A stretch of DNA of 64,000 bases, from contig CAWVRN010000013.1 in assembly GCA_963932905.1 (NCBI GenBank), forward strand, positions 32,001 to 96,000, given 5' to 3'. Shown here piece after piece: positions 9,937 to 20,697 of this stretch. Every line of letters starts with the position of its first letter. The first letter of the stretch is position 1. The translations under genes were made by a program, and so were the position numbers. The notes beneath the pieces were generated by a model. That model saw only the letters and a program-made list of their open reading frames with translations. It was not told the origin of the DNA and made no database searches. This DNA comes from an uncultured Bdellovibrio sp. Its GTDB lineage: Bacteria; Bdellovibrionota; Bdellovibrionia; Bdellovibrionales; Bdellovibrionaceae.

Positions 9937-10599
9937 TTAGCCTACCAAATATAGTAACGGGAAAAGGAAGATCCAAATTAAGTCGACGATATGCCAAAAG
10001 ATACCAACGCCCTCAACCGGTGTGAAATAATCCGCACCGAAATCCCCACGTTGTGCTCTGATGGCTAACCAAACGATTAATCCCATACCAATCAATACGT
10101 GTAGACCGTGAAGACCCGTCATACAGAAATAGAAACCATAATACATACCAAGGTTGGCATGTTGAGCCTGTGCATGAGCTACGTCCAACAAATGACCCGG
10201 CAATAAACCGTGTGAAAATTTGGAGTAGTATTCAAAGGCCTTAATACCCATGAAAACCAAACCACAAATAACTGTAATCCAAAGTTTTGTGACAGCTTCT
10301 GATTTTTCATTTTTCTGTAAATGATGAATCGACATCGCCATTGTATATGAAGATACAATCAGAACTAGCGTATTAACGAAACCCAATCTCCAGTCCAAAT
10401 GACTAGCACCTTCTGAAAACATTTCTGGATAGATCGTGTGGAAAATCGCGTAACCTACGAACAAACCACCGAACATAAGGATCTCGGTAACCATGAATAG
10501 CCAGATACCTTGTTTAGCACTGTCGAATTCATGTTCAGCATCGCGAAAATGGTGAGCGACGTGATGTCCACTACCGTGAGAGTGATTACTTGTACTCAT
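9937..10599 (-). CDS. ctaE: Cytochrome c oxidase subunit III
   Basis: WLFMVTEILMFGGLF, TGLHGLHV and FWHIVDLIW motifs; start taken at MSTSN. Confidence 0.95.
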   Translation of the reverse strand: MSTSNHSHGSGHHVAHHFRDAEHEFDSAKQGIWLFMVTEILMFGGLFVGYAIFHTIYPEMFSEGASHLDWRLGFVNTLVLIVSSYTMAMSIHHLQKNEKSEAVTKLWITVICGLVFMGIKAFEYYSKFSHGLLPGHLLDVAHAQAQHANLGMYYGFYFCMTGLHGLHVLIGMGLIVWLAIRAQRGDFGADYFTPVEGVGIFWHIVDLIWIFLFPLLYLVG

Positions 10600-12184
10600 A
10601 AGGCCCCGCATTTACTGTTGGATCCACATCAAAGTTGAAATGAGGTGGAGGTGATGAAGTTTGCCATTCTAATGTTTTTGCGCCCCAAGGATTCGCAGAA
10701 GCTTTAGGACCTTTGCGAATACCCTCGATGAACACATATAAACCTAAGAAGAACCCGATACCAATTAGCCAAGATCCCATTGTCGAAATAGCATTCAGAG
10801 AATGGTAAGCCGGGATATAATCAAAATAACGTCGTGGCATACCCATCGCACCCAAAATGAATTGAGGGAAGAACGTTACGTTGAATCCAATAAAGATTAA
10901 AATGAATGTTAAACGGGCTAGTGTTTCATTGTACATTTTACCGAACATCTTCGGGAACCAATAGTACATACCCCCCATGATCGCCATCAAAGTACCACCC
11001 ACCATTACGTAGTGGAAATGGGCAACAACGAAATAGGTGTCATGGAAGTGAACGTCAATCGCCATAACTGCAAGCATAATGCCCGTTACACCACCGATAG
11101 CGAATAGGAACAAAAAGCCGAGCGCATATAACATTGGAGTCTCAAACGAGATATTACCTTTGTACAAAGTAGCCAACCAGTTGAACATTTTAATCGCCGT
11201 CGGCACACCCACAAGCATCGTCAGGAAAGAGAATACCACGCCAGCCACTTCTGATTGACCAGAAACAAACATGTGATGTCCCCAAACAAAGAACGAAACG
11301 GCCGCGATACCTAGCGAAGAGTAGGCAATGGCAGTATAACCAAAAATAGTTTTTCTTGCGAAGGCCGCGATAATTTCAGACACAATACCCATCGCAGGCA
11401 AGATCATGATGTAAACCGCAGGATGCGAATAGAACCAGAAGAAATGTTGGAATAGAACGGGATCGCCACCCAAAGTTGGATCAAAAATACCCACACCAAA
11501 AGTTCGCTCAACAGCAAGTAACAACAGAGTGATAGCAAGAACCGGAGTCGCTAAAACTTGAAGAATCGCTGTTGAATACAATGCCCAGATAAACAATGGA
11601 ATACGATGCATCGTCATACCCGGTGCACGTAATTTATGAGTTGTAACAATGAAGTTCAAACCCGTAAGGATTGACGACATCCCCATAACGAACGCTGCCA
11701 ATACCATAATGGTAGCTGCAGTTCCCGTTTTGATTGAGTAAGGAGTATAGAAAGTCCAACCCGTATCAATTTTACCCAAGAACAAAGTCGACATGGCGAT
11801 CAATGCACCCGCCATAAAAATATACCAGCTGGCTAAGTTAAGTCTCGGGAAGGCCACGTCTTTTGCACCGATTTGCAAAGGCAAAAAGAAGTTCCCCAAA
11901 ATCGCCGGAATACCCGGGACGATAACCATGAAAACCATGATGGCTCCATGATAAGTCATCACTTGGTTGTATTGATCTGGCGTTAAGAATTGAGAACCAG
12001 GCTTGAATAACTCTAAACGAATCAACAAAGCAAAGATTCCACCTAATAGGAAGAAAAAGAAAATCGAGCACATGTACAAGAGTCCGATTCTCTTGTGATC
12101 AAGGCTGGTAAACCAAGACTTAATACCTTTAAACTCTGTTATGTAGTTCACGTCGGGATTAGAACCATGAGTTGATGATGCCAT
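10586..12184 (-). CDS. ctaD: Cytochrome c oxidase subunit I (A2 type)
   Basis: DHKRIG, WFYSHPAVY, WGHHM and HFHY motifs. Confidence 0.97.
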   Translation of the reverse strand: MASSTHGSNPDVNYITEFKGIKSWFTSLDHKRIGLLYMCSIFFFFLLGGIFALLIRLELFKPGSQFLTPDQYNQVMTYHGAIMVFMVIVPGIPAILGNFFLPLQIGAKDVAFPRLNLASWYIFMAGALIAMSTLFLGKIDTGWTFYTPYSIKTGTAATIMVLAAFVMGMSSILTGLNFIVTTHKLRAPGMTMHRIPLFIWALYSTAILQVLATPVLAITLLLLAVERTFGVGIFDPTLGGDPVLFQHFFWFYSHPAVYIMILPAMGIVSEIIAAFARKTIFGYTAIAYSSLGIAAVSFFVWGHHMFVSGQSEVAGVVFSFLTMLVGVPTAIKMFNWLATLYKGNISFETPMLYALGFLFLFAIGGVTGIMLAVMAIDVHFHDTYFVVAHFHYVMVGGTLMAIMGGMYYWFPKMFGKMYNETLARLTFILIFIGFNVTFFPQFILGAMGMPRRYFDYIPAYHSLNAISTMGSWLIGIGFFLGLYVFIEGIRKGPKASANPWGAKTLEWQTSSPPPHFNFDVDPTVNAGPYEYK

Positions 12185-12197
12185 ATATATTCCTTAC

Positions 12198-13154
12198 CTA
12201 TTTAATCGTTTTCACGTATTCGATGAGCGCCGCTAACTCTTCTTCGCTAATTTGACCCTGGAACGTCGGCATAACACCAGCATTAAAGCCTTTTACAACT
12301 TTAGCGTTCGGAGCCAAAATAGATTCACGGATGTAAGATTCATCCACATTGGCTTTAGAACCGTCTGCCAATTCTTCTTCAGTTCCAAATTTCTGGTACA
12401 ATGATGGTCCCGCTTTAACAGATTTGTCTGCTACCGAGTGACAACCAGAGCACGCTTTAATCTGGAATAATTTTTCACCCTTTTGAGCCAATGGCAATGT
12501 GCTGAATTTCGATTCTTCTTCTAACCATTGATCATACTCTTCTTGAGAAACCACATGCAACTTACCAAGCATACCCGAGTGCTGAGTTCCGCAGTATTCT
12601 GTACAGAAAATGTGGAATTCACCAAACTTAGTCGCTTTGAACGATAAAGCCGTGTAGCGACCAGGAATCACGTCTTGCTTAATACGGAAACTTGGAACGT
12701 AAAAGCTATGAATAACATCCGTTGATGTCATGATTAGTTTTACATCTTTATTGATAGGAACTTTGATCAAATTTGCAGTTTTAACACCGCTTTTGTATTC
12801 CGCTTCCCATGCCCATTGTTTACCACGAACGTGGATTTCAAGAGCATCTTTCGGCATTGAACGCATATCGTGGAATATCAACCAACCCCATGCAAACACC
12901 GCCAAGAAAATTACGAGTGGAATAAATGACCACAAGAATTCAAGGAAAACGTTGTGAGTGATGTATGCTGATTTGGCGTTAACTGATCTTCTTTTGTATT
13001 TTTGAGCGAAGAAAATCATCCCACCAATTAAAATAGCACACGCCACGAAGCTAGTTATAAGCAAGAAGTTGTACAAACTATCTACTTGATACGCGATATC
13101 GGTCGCTGCTGTAGGCATCAACTTTTCCGCGTGGGCCGAACTGATCCAGAACAT
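12198..13154 (-). CDS. ctaC: Cytochrome c oxidase subunit II with fused C-terminal cytochrome c
   Basis: DVIHSF and CuA motif CTEYCGTQHSGM; CSGCH heme motif. Confidence 0.95.
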   Translation of the reverse strand: MFWISSAHAEKLMPTAATDIAYQVDSLYNFLLITSFVACAILIGGMIFFAQKYKRRSVNAKSAYITHNVFLEFLWSFIPLVIFLAVFAWGWLIFHDMRSMPKDALEIHVRGKQWAWEAEYKSGVKTANLIKVPINKDVKLIMTSTDVIHSFYVPSFRIKQDVIPGRYTALSFKATKFGEFHIFCTEYCGTQHSGMLGKLHVVSQEEYDQWLEEESKFSTLPLAQKGEKLFQIKACSGCHSVADKSVKAGPSLYQKFGTEEELADGSKANVDESYIRESILAPNAKVVKGFNAGVMPTFQGQISEEELAALIEYVKTIK

Positions 13155-13156
13155 GT

Positions 13157-14059
13157 CTATCTCCCCGTTGTTCCTTCGTGCTTACGTTTGCGAAGCCAGA
13201 AGGGTAAAAGCAATAACATTAAAATAATAACCATAGCGACCCCGCCCATTCTCACCAGATTAAATGCGGCAAGAGAGTACTTGTTTTCTTTTGGGTCGTA
13301 ATGAAAACAATAAAGTAACATTTTATCTACGAAGCTTCCGATTTTACCTTCGGTCGCCTCATTCAAAGCTAGCTTCAGGTCTTTTTGATCAAACATGATG
13401 CCGCCCAAATATCTTGAAATTACGCCTTTTGGAGTAGTAACGATGGCCGCAGAAGCATGTGCCCATTCTTTTTCTTTTTCATTCCATTTGGCTTTGAAGC
13501 CAACAGACGACATCATTTTGTCGATTGTTGCCTGATCACCGGTTAGAAAGTGCCAGCCATTTTCAGTTCCCGGACGGTCATAAACAGACATGTATGATTT
13601 CTTTTTATTTGCACCTAAATCGAATGTTTCTTTCGCATCGAAACTGATCGCAACGATCTGGAATTTTTCACCTGGATTCCAGTCTAATCCTTTAAGGCCT
13701 TCTGTTAATCCATTTAAATGAAAGTTACATAGTCCTGGGCACGAGTAATAAACTAACGAGATCACGACTGGGTGCTTACCGTCGTAAAAACTTCCCAATG
13801 TGACGTCTTCACCTTTTTCGTTTTTAAACGTTAAACCCATATCAACCGAAGAGCCTAATTTTTCTTCGATACCTACGCCGTCCAATTCAGTTGGACGCAC
13901 AGTTGATGTCTGAGGCGCGGGCTTGCCGTCATAGCCGCCATCCGGTTTGCCTTGATGTGAATACGATGCCACCGTGAACAACAACAAAAACAAAAATACG
14001 AAAACCATTTGGTTTTCGCATTTTGAAGATAAGTGTCTCAATCGGTCTGCAGTTGACAT
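13157..14059 (-). CDS. SCO1/SenC family copper chaperone
   Basis: CPGLC (CxxxC), WHFLTG and a conserved His (AHAS). Confidence 0.9.
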   Translation of the reverse strand: MSTADRLRHLSSKCENQMVFVFLFLLLFTVASYSHQGKPDGGYDGKPAPQTSTVRPTELDGVGIEEKLGSSVDMGLTFKNEKGEDVTLGSFYDGKHPVVISLVYYSCPGLCNFHLNGLTEGLKGLDWNPGEKFQIVAISFDAKETFDLGANKKKSYMSVYDRPGTENGWHFLTGDQATIDKMMSSVGFKAKWNEKEKEWAHASAAIVTTPKGVISRYLGGIMFDQKDLKLALNEATEGKIGSFVDKMLLYCFHYDPKENKYSLAAFNLVRMGGVAMVIILMLLLLPFWLRKRKHEGTTGR

Positions 14060-14074
14060 GATTTTCCTAAATTA

Positions 14075-14611
14075 CTATTGAGCCGTTTTCGCAAATTCAG
14101 CGACTTTAGCTGGATCGTCTTTAGATTTATTTTCAGTGATAGATTCGATGAAATGTAGAATGGCCCAACGGTCAGCAACTTTTAAATGTTTAAAAGCAGC
14201 CATAGAACTGTTTGGGATGCCATTGGCTACAACATTAAAGTGAGATATGAGACCGTTACCTTGAGTCCATTTACCTTCGACAAAGTTTCTTGGTTTTGGA
14301 GTCAAACCACCACCCGCAGGGCCATCACCCTTACCCGCGTCGCCATGACAAGTAGCGCAATTCATTTTGTACTGTTTGTGGCCGTACTCGACAAGTTCGG
14401 GAGTTGATACCCATGGTTCTTTAACGTCCGCGATTTTGAATGCGGGACCTGCCGCTTTATTTGAAGGCGCGTTTGGATCAACAACATTTTCACCAAGATC
14501 GACACCAGGATGTACAAAGGCAATGTATGCAAAAAAAGCAAACACAAAGATCATCGCAAAGATGAAGGCAGCAAATCCGCCTCTGTTATGGACATCAGAG
14601 GATTCAGACAT
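14075..14611 (-). CDS. Membrane-anchored cytochrome c
   Basis: N-terminal TM helix, CATCH motif and distal Met (SSMAAF). Confidence 0.9.
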   Translation of the reverse strand: MSESSDVHNRGGFAAFIFAMIFVFAFFAYIAFVHPGVDLGENVVDPNAPSNKAAGPAFKIADVKEPWVSTPELVEYGHKQYKMNCATCHGDAGKGDGPAGGGLTPKPRNFVEGKWTQGNGLISHFNVVANGIPNSSMAAFKHLKVADRWAILHFIESITENKSKDDPAKVAEFAKTAQ

Positions 14612-14778
14612 AGATTCTCCAATTTATTTTAAGGGAAACGTTTACAGTATGGTTTGATTAGTAGCGTAAAAGAAAAGCCTGAGCAATAAAAAGCTGTTAT
14701 GAATGTTAAAAATTTTTGTGTTATGCCGCAGAATGATTTTTGCTTATTTTTCTAGCAAATATGCCAATTCAAGAAACC

Positions 14779-15615
14779 TTAATCTTTTTTCGGAAATAGA
14801 AAATCCATCGTCTTTGTCCAAAACAGAGGCGGATCTTCCAGATTCGGGCAATGCCCTTTACCAGCAAGGATTTCACAGCGAGCGCCCATAATTTTTTCGG
14901 CTAATTCTACTGACCCTTTAAACGGCAGAATCTGATCGTCTTCACCGTGCAGGATTAAAACATCACTTTGGATTGAAGCCAATCGAGACTCGATATTAAA
15001 TTCTCCAAATGCCTGCGCGATTTTGAATCCAATATTTTGCGCCGCACGAAAGGCATCCGGCACAACCACGTTAGAAAAAAAGCGAGCATTGATATTCGGA
15101 GCCTTAATTGTAGATTTCATAACCTCAGCCACCAAGTCTTTGTCCGTCTTCATAGATTCAAAGGCCTGCATAACCGCCGGTTCAAACCTTCGCCCACGCG
15201 GTCCAACCGGATCTAGCAATAGCACTTTATCTAATAGCACAGTTAATTCGGTCGCAAGAACAGTTGCAATACTGCCGCCGGTAGAATGACCGACAAGGTT
15301 CAATGATTTCAAATTCAGCGACAGTAAGAAAGATTTAAACTCGCTCGCTAACGATTCAATAGTAATAGATTCCGATGATTCAACGCTTGAACTTTTTCCA
15401 CAACCGCGAATTTCCGCCATAACCAAATCCCCTGCCAACCCGGGGTTTGTTTTTAATTTTGCAAAATCTAAAGACGGGTACCACCAACGATTGGAAGACA
15501 AATTGCCATGAATAAAAACAGTGGTTTTTGGTAGCACATTACGAAGAATTTCAAAGTGAATGAAATTCTTTTTATCATCGGTGAGGTAAAACTTATGCGA
15601 CTCAAAAATAGTCAT
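14779..15615 (-). CDS. Alpha/beta hydrolase
   Basis: HGN oxyanion motif, GHSTG nucleophile, GEDD and GH motifs. Confidence 0.9.
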   Translation of the reverse strand: MTIFESHKFYLTDDKKNFIHFEILRNVLPKTTVFIHGNLSSNRWWYPSLDFAKLKTNPGLAGDLVMAEIRGCGKSSSVESSESITIESLASEFKSFLLSLNLKSLNLVGHSTGGSIATVLATELTVLLDKVLLLDPVGPRGRRFEPAVMQAFESMKTDKDLVAEVMKSTIKAPNINARFFSNVVVPDAFRAAQNIGFKIAQAFGEFNIESRLASIQSDVLILHGEDDQILPFKGSVELAEKIMGARCEILAGKGHCPNLEDPPLFWTKTMDFLFPKKD

Positions 15616-15641
15616 GTTACCTCACCGTATTTTATTTCAGA

Positions 15642-16391
15642 TTAAAGTACAATCCCGCCATCTACGCTGATCACAGTACCTGTGATGTAAGACGCTTGTT
15701 CAGAAGAAAGGAATAAACATGCATTAGCGATGTCATCCACTTCACCTAAACGTTGCAAAGGAACTTTAGCTGCCATGCCATCAAGAACCTCTTTAGGCAT
15801 TGCGTTTGTCATTGCTGTTTTGATGAAACCCGGAGCAATCGCGTTCACCGTGAAACCTTTACGACCTAATTCTTTAGCCAAAGTTTTTGTGAAACCGATA
15901 ACACCCGCTTTGGTCGCCGCGTAGTTCGCTTGACCAAAGTTACCATAAAGACCAACGACACTTGAAATGTTGATCACGCGTTTATGTGAAGATGCTGGAT
16001 TGAATTTTTCCAATAAGCCTTTTGTTACATTGTAGATACCAGTTAAGTTTGTATTGATAACTGCATCCCAATCAACATCCGTCATTTTAGCGAATGATTT
16101 ATCACGAGTGATACCGGCGTTGTTGACCAGAACGTCAACGGGAGCTGGCAATGCTTTGATGGCTGTTTCAACTGATGTCCTGTTGGTCACGTCGACTTGT
16201 TGAAAAGTAACTTGTGACGCGTATTTTGATAATTCTTTTTGTGCGTTGTTAAGTGCGTCTTGAGAGTAATCCCAAACAACAACTTTACCGCCCGCTTCTA
16301 AATAAGACGATGTTAATTTAAAACCGATCCCAGCAGCACCGCCAGTAACTAGTGCTAATTTGCCTGTAAAATTAAAATTCAAGTTGGCCAT
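15642..16391 (-). CDS. fabG: 3-oxoacyl-ACP/CoA reductase (SDR)
   Basis: TGGAAGIG, NNAGITRD and YAATK motifs. Confidence 0.85.
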   Translation of the reverse strand: MANLNFNFTGKLALVTGGAAGIGFKLTSSYLEAGGKVVVWDYSQDALNNAQKELSKYASQVTFQQVDVTNRTSVETAIKALPAPVDVLVNNAGITRDKSFAKMTDVDWDAVINTNLTGIYNVTKGLLEKFNPASSHKRVINISSVVGLYGNFGQANYAATKAGVIGFTKTLAKELGRKGFTVNAIAPGFIKTAMTNAMPKEVLDGMAAKVPLQRLGEVDDIANACLFLSSEQASYITGTVISVDGGIVL

Positions 16392-16623
16392 GAAAGTTCC
16401 TTTTCAAAAAAGTTTCCAATTTGTATTTCACATCGACTTAAAATTGACAATAACTCTTTGCAGGGTTTCTGGAAGGAAAATAGGGTTTTTGCTCTATAAA
16501 CTTTTACTGGACAAAGATGATTTTCCAGCGCTAGACCATCAGAACTAGAGTGAATAGTTAAACGAAAAAACGTAACCGATTTTTGGAAAAATATTAAGTC
16601 AAGATTGCGAAAGGAATATTTAG

Positions 16624-17625
16624 ATGAGAACAATTTCTATCACAGGCACAGGAATGTACGCACCAGAACGCGTAGTAAAAAATTCGTATTTTGATGAATT
16701 ATATAAAAAAGATATCGGAACATTTTTAAAAAATAGCCGCAACATTTCTGAGCGTCGCTGGATGGAACCGTCGCAAACTACAAGCGATTTGATCGTTCCC
16801 GCGGCTGAAGAAGCAATGAAAAATGCCGGCATCACTGCAAAAGATTTAGATTTAATAATCGTTGCAACTGACACACCTGACTATTTATCCCCTTCGACGG
16901 CATCCGTAGTTTCTCACAAGCTTCAAGCGTTGAAAGCCGGGACTTTTGATATCAACACAGCCTGTGCCGGTTTCGTGACAGCGCTTGAAGTTGGTCAAAA
17001 AATGATGAAGACCGACAATCAGTTTAAATATGTATTAGTTGTTGGCGCCTACGCGATGAGTAAATGGTTAAATTTTGACGATTATAAAATTGCGTCTTTA
17101 TTTGCGGATGGCGCGGGTGCTGCAATTTTGACAGACGCCCCAGTAGGCACTCAAGGGTTCTTAGCTTCTACCTTCTATACAGATGCCCAGTATCATGATT
17201 ATATGGGGATCTATGCTGGTGGTAGTTACAAACCAGTGACTCATGAAGTGATTGAAAAGAAAGAACATCTTCTAGCGTTTCCTAAACGTATTCCACCGGA
17301 AACAAACGGAATTCACTGGCCACGACTAACTAATATAATCTTGGATAAAATCCAAAAACGCCCTGAAGATATTAAACATTTCTTCATGACTCAGTTCAAC
17401 GTTCAAAGTATTTACGAAACTATGGATACATTAAAATTACCTCGTGAAAAAGCTCACTACATCATGGATCGTTATGGCTACACGGGTTCTGCGTCTATTG
17501 GTATGTGTATGGCCGATGCGGCTCGCCAACATAAAGTTAAAAAAGGCGATTTAGTTTTGATGTTAGGATCAGGCGGCGGTATGTCTATGGTCGCTATTGC
17601 TATGGAATGGGGATTTAATACGTAA
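16624..17625 (+). CDS. FabH/KAS III-like protein with atypical catalytic residues
   Basis: TACAGF catalytic Cys and LFADGAGA present; HQAN replaced by TQFN and GNT by GYT. Confidence 0.85.
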   Translation: MRTISITGTGMYAPERVVKNSYFDELYKKDIGTFLKNSRNISERRWMEPSQTTSDLIVPAAEEAMKNAGITAKDLDLIIVATDTPDYLSPSTASVVSHKLQALKAGTFDINTACAGFVTALEVGQKMMKTDNQFKYVLVVGAYAMSKWLNFDDYKIASLFADGAGAAILTDAPVGTQGFLASTFYTDAQYHDYMGIYAGGSYKPVTHEVIEKKEHLLAFPKRIPPETNGIHWPRLTNIILDKIQKRPEDIKHFFMTQFNVQSIYETMDTLKLPREKAHYIMDRYGYTGSASIGMCMADAARQHKVKKGDLVLMLGSGGGMSMVAIAMEWGFNT

Positions 17626-17646
17626 TTCGTCTTTTTAGGGGGGACT

Positions 17647-19173
17647 ATGATTGCGGAATTGGATTGGTTAAAAAAATGGAGCCAATACGCGCCGAAAACA
17701 ACCGCGGTTGTTGATGGTGACACAGGCAGAGAATTTACCTATCGCGAACTGTACGATATTTCGCAAAAAGGCGCGGCACTTCTGAGTGAAAAGTACAATG
17801 TCACTCGCGGAGACCGCGTTGCCATTATCTCTACGAACGAACTTGAATACATATTTTTATTATTTGCACTGAAACGATTGGGAGCTATCTTAGTTCCCAT
17901 CAATTTCCGTCTGACTCAACGAGAAGTCGAACATATCGTCAGTGACTGCGGACCGAAAGTAATCATTTATCAACAAACATACTCTAATATCATCGACGGT
18001 CTACCAGCTACCATTAAGCCCAAGCCCTATTCAATGGAGCAATGGACCCAAGATTTAGGAACACTGGGTCCGAAAAAAACTCACTATGCTGAAGGTGTTA
18101 AGCCTCGAGAATTTGTGAGCGATCCAGCAGATCCCGCGATGGTTATCTACACATCGGGAACAACGGGCTCACCTAAGGGCGCCATCATTTCACACGAAAT
18201 GTTGTTCTGGAATTCGATCAACACCAGCCTTCGTTTGAATATTTCACAAACCGATTCGACCGTTATCTTTTTACCATTTTTTCATACTGGTGGCTTGAAC
18301 GTTTTAACGACTCCATTTTTCCATCGCGGCGCTAAATTGATTTTTATCAAAAAATTTGATGGCGACCAAATTTTGAAACTTTCAGAGTCTCATAAAGCTA
18401 CCTTGTTGTTTGGAGTTCCAACGACGATGGATATGATGTCTCGGTCAAATATTTTTAAAACCGTGAATTTAAAAACTCTTCGTTATGCCATTGTAGGTGG
18501 CGAACCAATGCCAGTAGATTTAATCCATAAATGGAACGAAAAAGGCATTGCTATTCGCCAAGGTTATGGTTTGACTGAATTTGGACCTAACGTATTTTCC
18601 TTAAATGAAGAGGACGCAATCAGAAAGATTGGCTCGATTGGTTTTGCTAATTTCTATTCCGAAGCTAAAATCGTGGACGACGAGGGCAAGGAACTGGGTG
18701 CTGAACAGATTGGCGAACTCGTTTTAAAAGGCCCGATGTGCATGACGGGATACTGGAAAAACGAAAAGGCAACCAAAGAAACGATCAAGGATGGTTGGTT
18801 ACACACTGGTGATCTGGTCAAAAAAGACAGTGAAGGTTACTTTTATGTCGTGGGTCGCAAAAAAGACATGTATAAATCGGGTGGTGAAAATGTTTATCCT
18901 ACCGAACTGGAACAAGTTATGCGACACTTGCCAGGTGTACGCGAAGTGGCCGTCATTGGTGTTCCCGATTCTAAATGGGGTGAAGTTGGCAAAGCCTTCA
19001 TCGTTAAAGAATCAGCAACTACTGATTTAACGGTCGAAAAAATTAATGATTACTGCGCTAAAAATTTGGCCAAATTTAAGATTCCCAAGTACTTCCTCTT
19101 CGTATCTGACCTACCCAAAGGGGATTCCGGCAAAATCTTGAAGCGCAAACTTTTGGAATTGTATCCTAATTAA
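17647..19173 (+). CDS. Acyl-CoA synthetase (AMP-forming)
   Basis: YTSGTTGSPKG, GYGLTE, WLHTGD and SGKILK motifs. Confidence 0.92.
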   Translation: MIAELDWLKKWSQYAPKTTAVVDGDTGREFTYRELYDISQKGAALLSEKYNVTRGDRVAIISTNELEYIFLLFALKRLGAILVPINFRLTQREVEHIVSDCGPKVIIYQQTYSNIIDGLPATIKPKPYSMEQWTQDLGTLGPKKTHYAEGVKPREFVSDPADPAMVIYTSGTTGSPKGAIISHEMLFWNSINTSLRLNISQTDSTVIFLPFFHTGGLNVLTTPFFHRGAKLIFIKKFDGDQILKLSESHKATLLFGVPTTMDMMSRSNIFKTVNLKTLRYAIVGGEPMPVDLIHKWNEKGIAIRQGYGLTEFGPNVFSLNEEDAIRKIGSIGFANFYSEAKIVDDEGKELGAEQIGELVLKGPMCMTGYWKNEKATKETIKDGWLHTGDLVKKDSEGYFYVVGRKKDMYKSGGENVYPTELEQVMRHLPGVREVAVIGVPDSKWGEVGKAFIVKESATTDLTVEKINDYCAKNLAKFKIPKYFLFVSDLPKGDSGKILKRKLLELYPN

Positions 19174-19193
19174 GACTGCTTAGAGGTAATCAT

Positions 19194-19220
19194 TAAGTAG
19201 GGTACGGAAAAATCCGAAAC
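19194..19220 (+). promoter_or_regulatory. Possible sigma-28 (FliA)-like promoter
   Basis: TAAG-N15-TCCGAAAC upstream of the kinase, compared with consensus TAAA-N15-GCCGATAA; weak match. Confidence 0.25.
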
Positions 19221-19227
19221 GAGCTGA

Positions 19228-20697
19228 GTGAAAAATCTAAGTCTAACGCAAAGAATTTCCGTCTATTTATTTATAGTCGTCTGTGTATCGACGTTTATAT
19301 TAAATTCTGCTTTCTTTATCGTCTTACGTACTCAAAGTGAAGAGCAGTTCAAGATCCAAGCTAATGAAATTTTAAATAACGTTAGCCGTTATTACCAAAT
19401 TCCACTTTGGAATTTGGATTATAACGCGATCTCTGAGGTTACAAATACGTGGTTGCAAACTCGATCCGGTGTTGTGGCCATCAAAGTCACCGATGAAAAT
19501 GGCGGGTTGGTTATTGAGAAAACGAAAGACAATCAACTGCTAGCGACTTTGTTAAAAAAACCTTACACGCTTTTAAGAAAAGAAAAAATCATTCATGATG
19601 AACGACAGCACATCGGTTATATTGAAATTTTGTTTTCTAATGCCGAACGAGTCGAACAAAACAATCTGACATACATGAAGTCGATTTTATTTAGTTTGGT
19701 ATTTGCATTCGTCATCAGTCTTGTTTCAAATCATTTCTTGACGTTGTTCGTACATCGTCCCTTGAAAAATTTAATTGAAGGAACCCAATCAGCGCATAAT
19801 TCAAATTACACGATTCGTGTTCCTGAAAATGCTGCAGGCGAAATTGGTATTCTAGCAGCAGAATTCAACAAAACGATGAATCAAATCGAAGATCGGGATC
19901 GTCGTCTGCATAAACACAATGTCGCACTAGAAGAAGTTATTCGTGAACGTAACGTTGAGCTCGACAAGCAACGCGCGACGATGTTTAACTCGTCTCGATT
20001 AGCTGCGCTAGGTGAATTTTCTGCAGGAATGTCACATGAAATCAACAATCCTCTTTCAGTAATCATTGGTAAATCGTCTATCCTGCGAGGCTTCGTTTCC
20101 AAAGGAAAGATCGGACCGGAATTTGAAATTCATTTCATCAAGATTCACGAAATGTGTGATCGCATTTCAAAAATCATAAAAAATCTTCGGTCTTATGCTC
20201 GCGATGGTTCAAATGATCCATTTGATTTTTTCGAAATTGATCGATTCTTCACGGACATCGGCGAACTGACTCGGATCAAACTAGACAAACGCGGCGTTGC
20301 TTTTAAATTTGTAAATAATTCGAAGGCGACCCATCTTTACGGTAAAGAAATCCCACTTTCCCAAGTCATTATCAATTTAATAAACAACTCTGCTGACGCT
20401 GTGGAAAACCTGGAAGATAAAAAATGGGTTGAACTTAAGGTCGATGAAGATCCGCAAAATATCACGATTTCGGTCACTGATTCGGGAACAGGAATTCCAG
20501 AAGAAATTCAAAAGAGAATGCTAGTTCCTTTCTTCACTACAAAACCTATAGGTAAAGGCACTGGCCTAGGTCTAAGCATTTCGGCCACTATCATTGAAGA
20601 ACATGGCGGCAAACTTATTTACAATAAAGACTATCCAAATACTCAATTTATTGTCCACCTACCAAACAAACACCATCCAAATCGCAAACTGAGCTAA
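19228..20697 (+). CDS. Membrane sensor histidine kinase (HAMP-HisKA-HATPase)
   Basis: Two TM helices; SHEINNPL H-box, NLINNSADA, DSGTGI and GKGTGLGL motifs. Confidence 0.93.
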   Translation: MKNLSLTQRISVYLFIVVCVSTFILNSAFFIVLRTQSEEQFKIQANEILNNVSRYYQIPLWNLDYNAISEVTNTWLQTRSGVVAIKVTDENGGLVIEKTKDNQLLATLLKKPYTLLRKEKIIHDERQHIGYIEILFSNAERVEQNNLTYMKSILFSLVFAFVISLVSNHFLTLFVHRPLKNLIEGTQSAHNSNYTIRVPENAAGEIGILAAEFNKTMNQIEDRDRRLHKHNVALEEVIRERNVELDKQRATMFNSSRLAALGEFSAGMSHEINNPLSVIIGKSSILRGFVSKGKIGPEFEIHFIKIHEMCDRISKIIKNLRSYARDGSNDPFDFFEIDRFFTDIGELTRIKLDKRGVAFKFVNNSKATHLYGKEIPLSQVIINLINNSADAVENLEDKKWVELKVDEDPQNITISVTDSGTGIPEEIQKRMLVPFFTTKPIGKGTGLGLSISATIIEEHGGKLIYNKDYPNTQFIVHLPNKHHPNRKLS

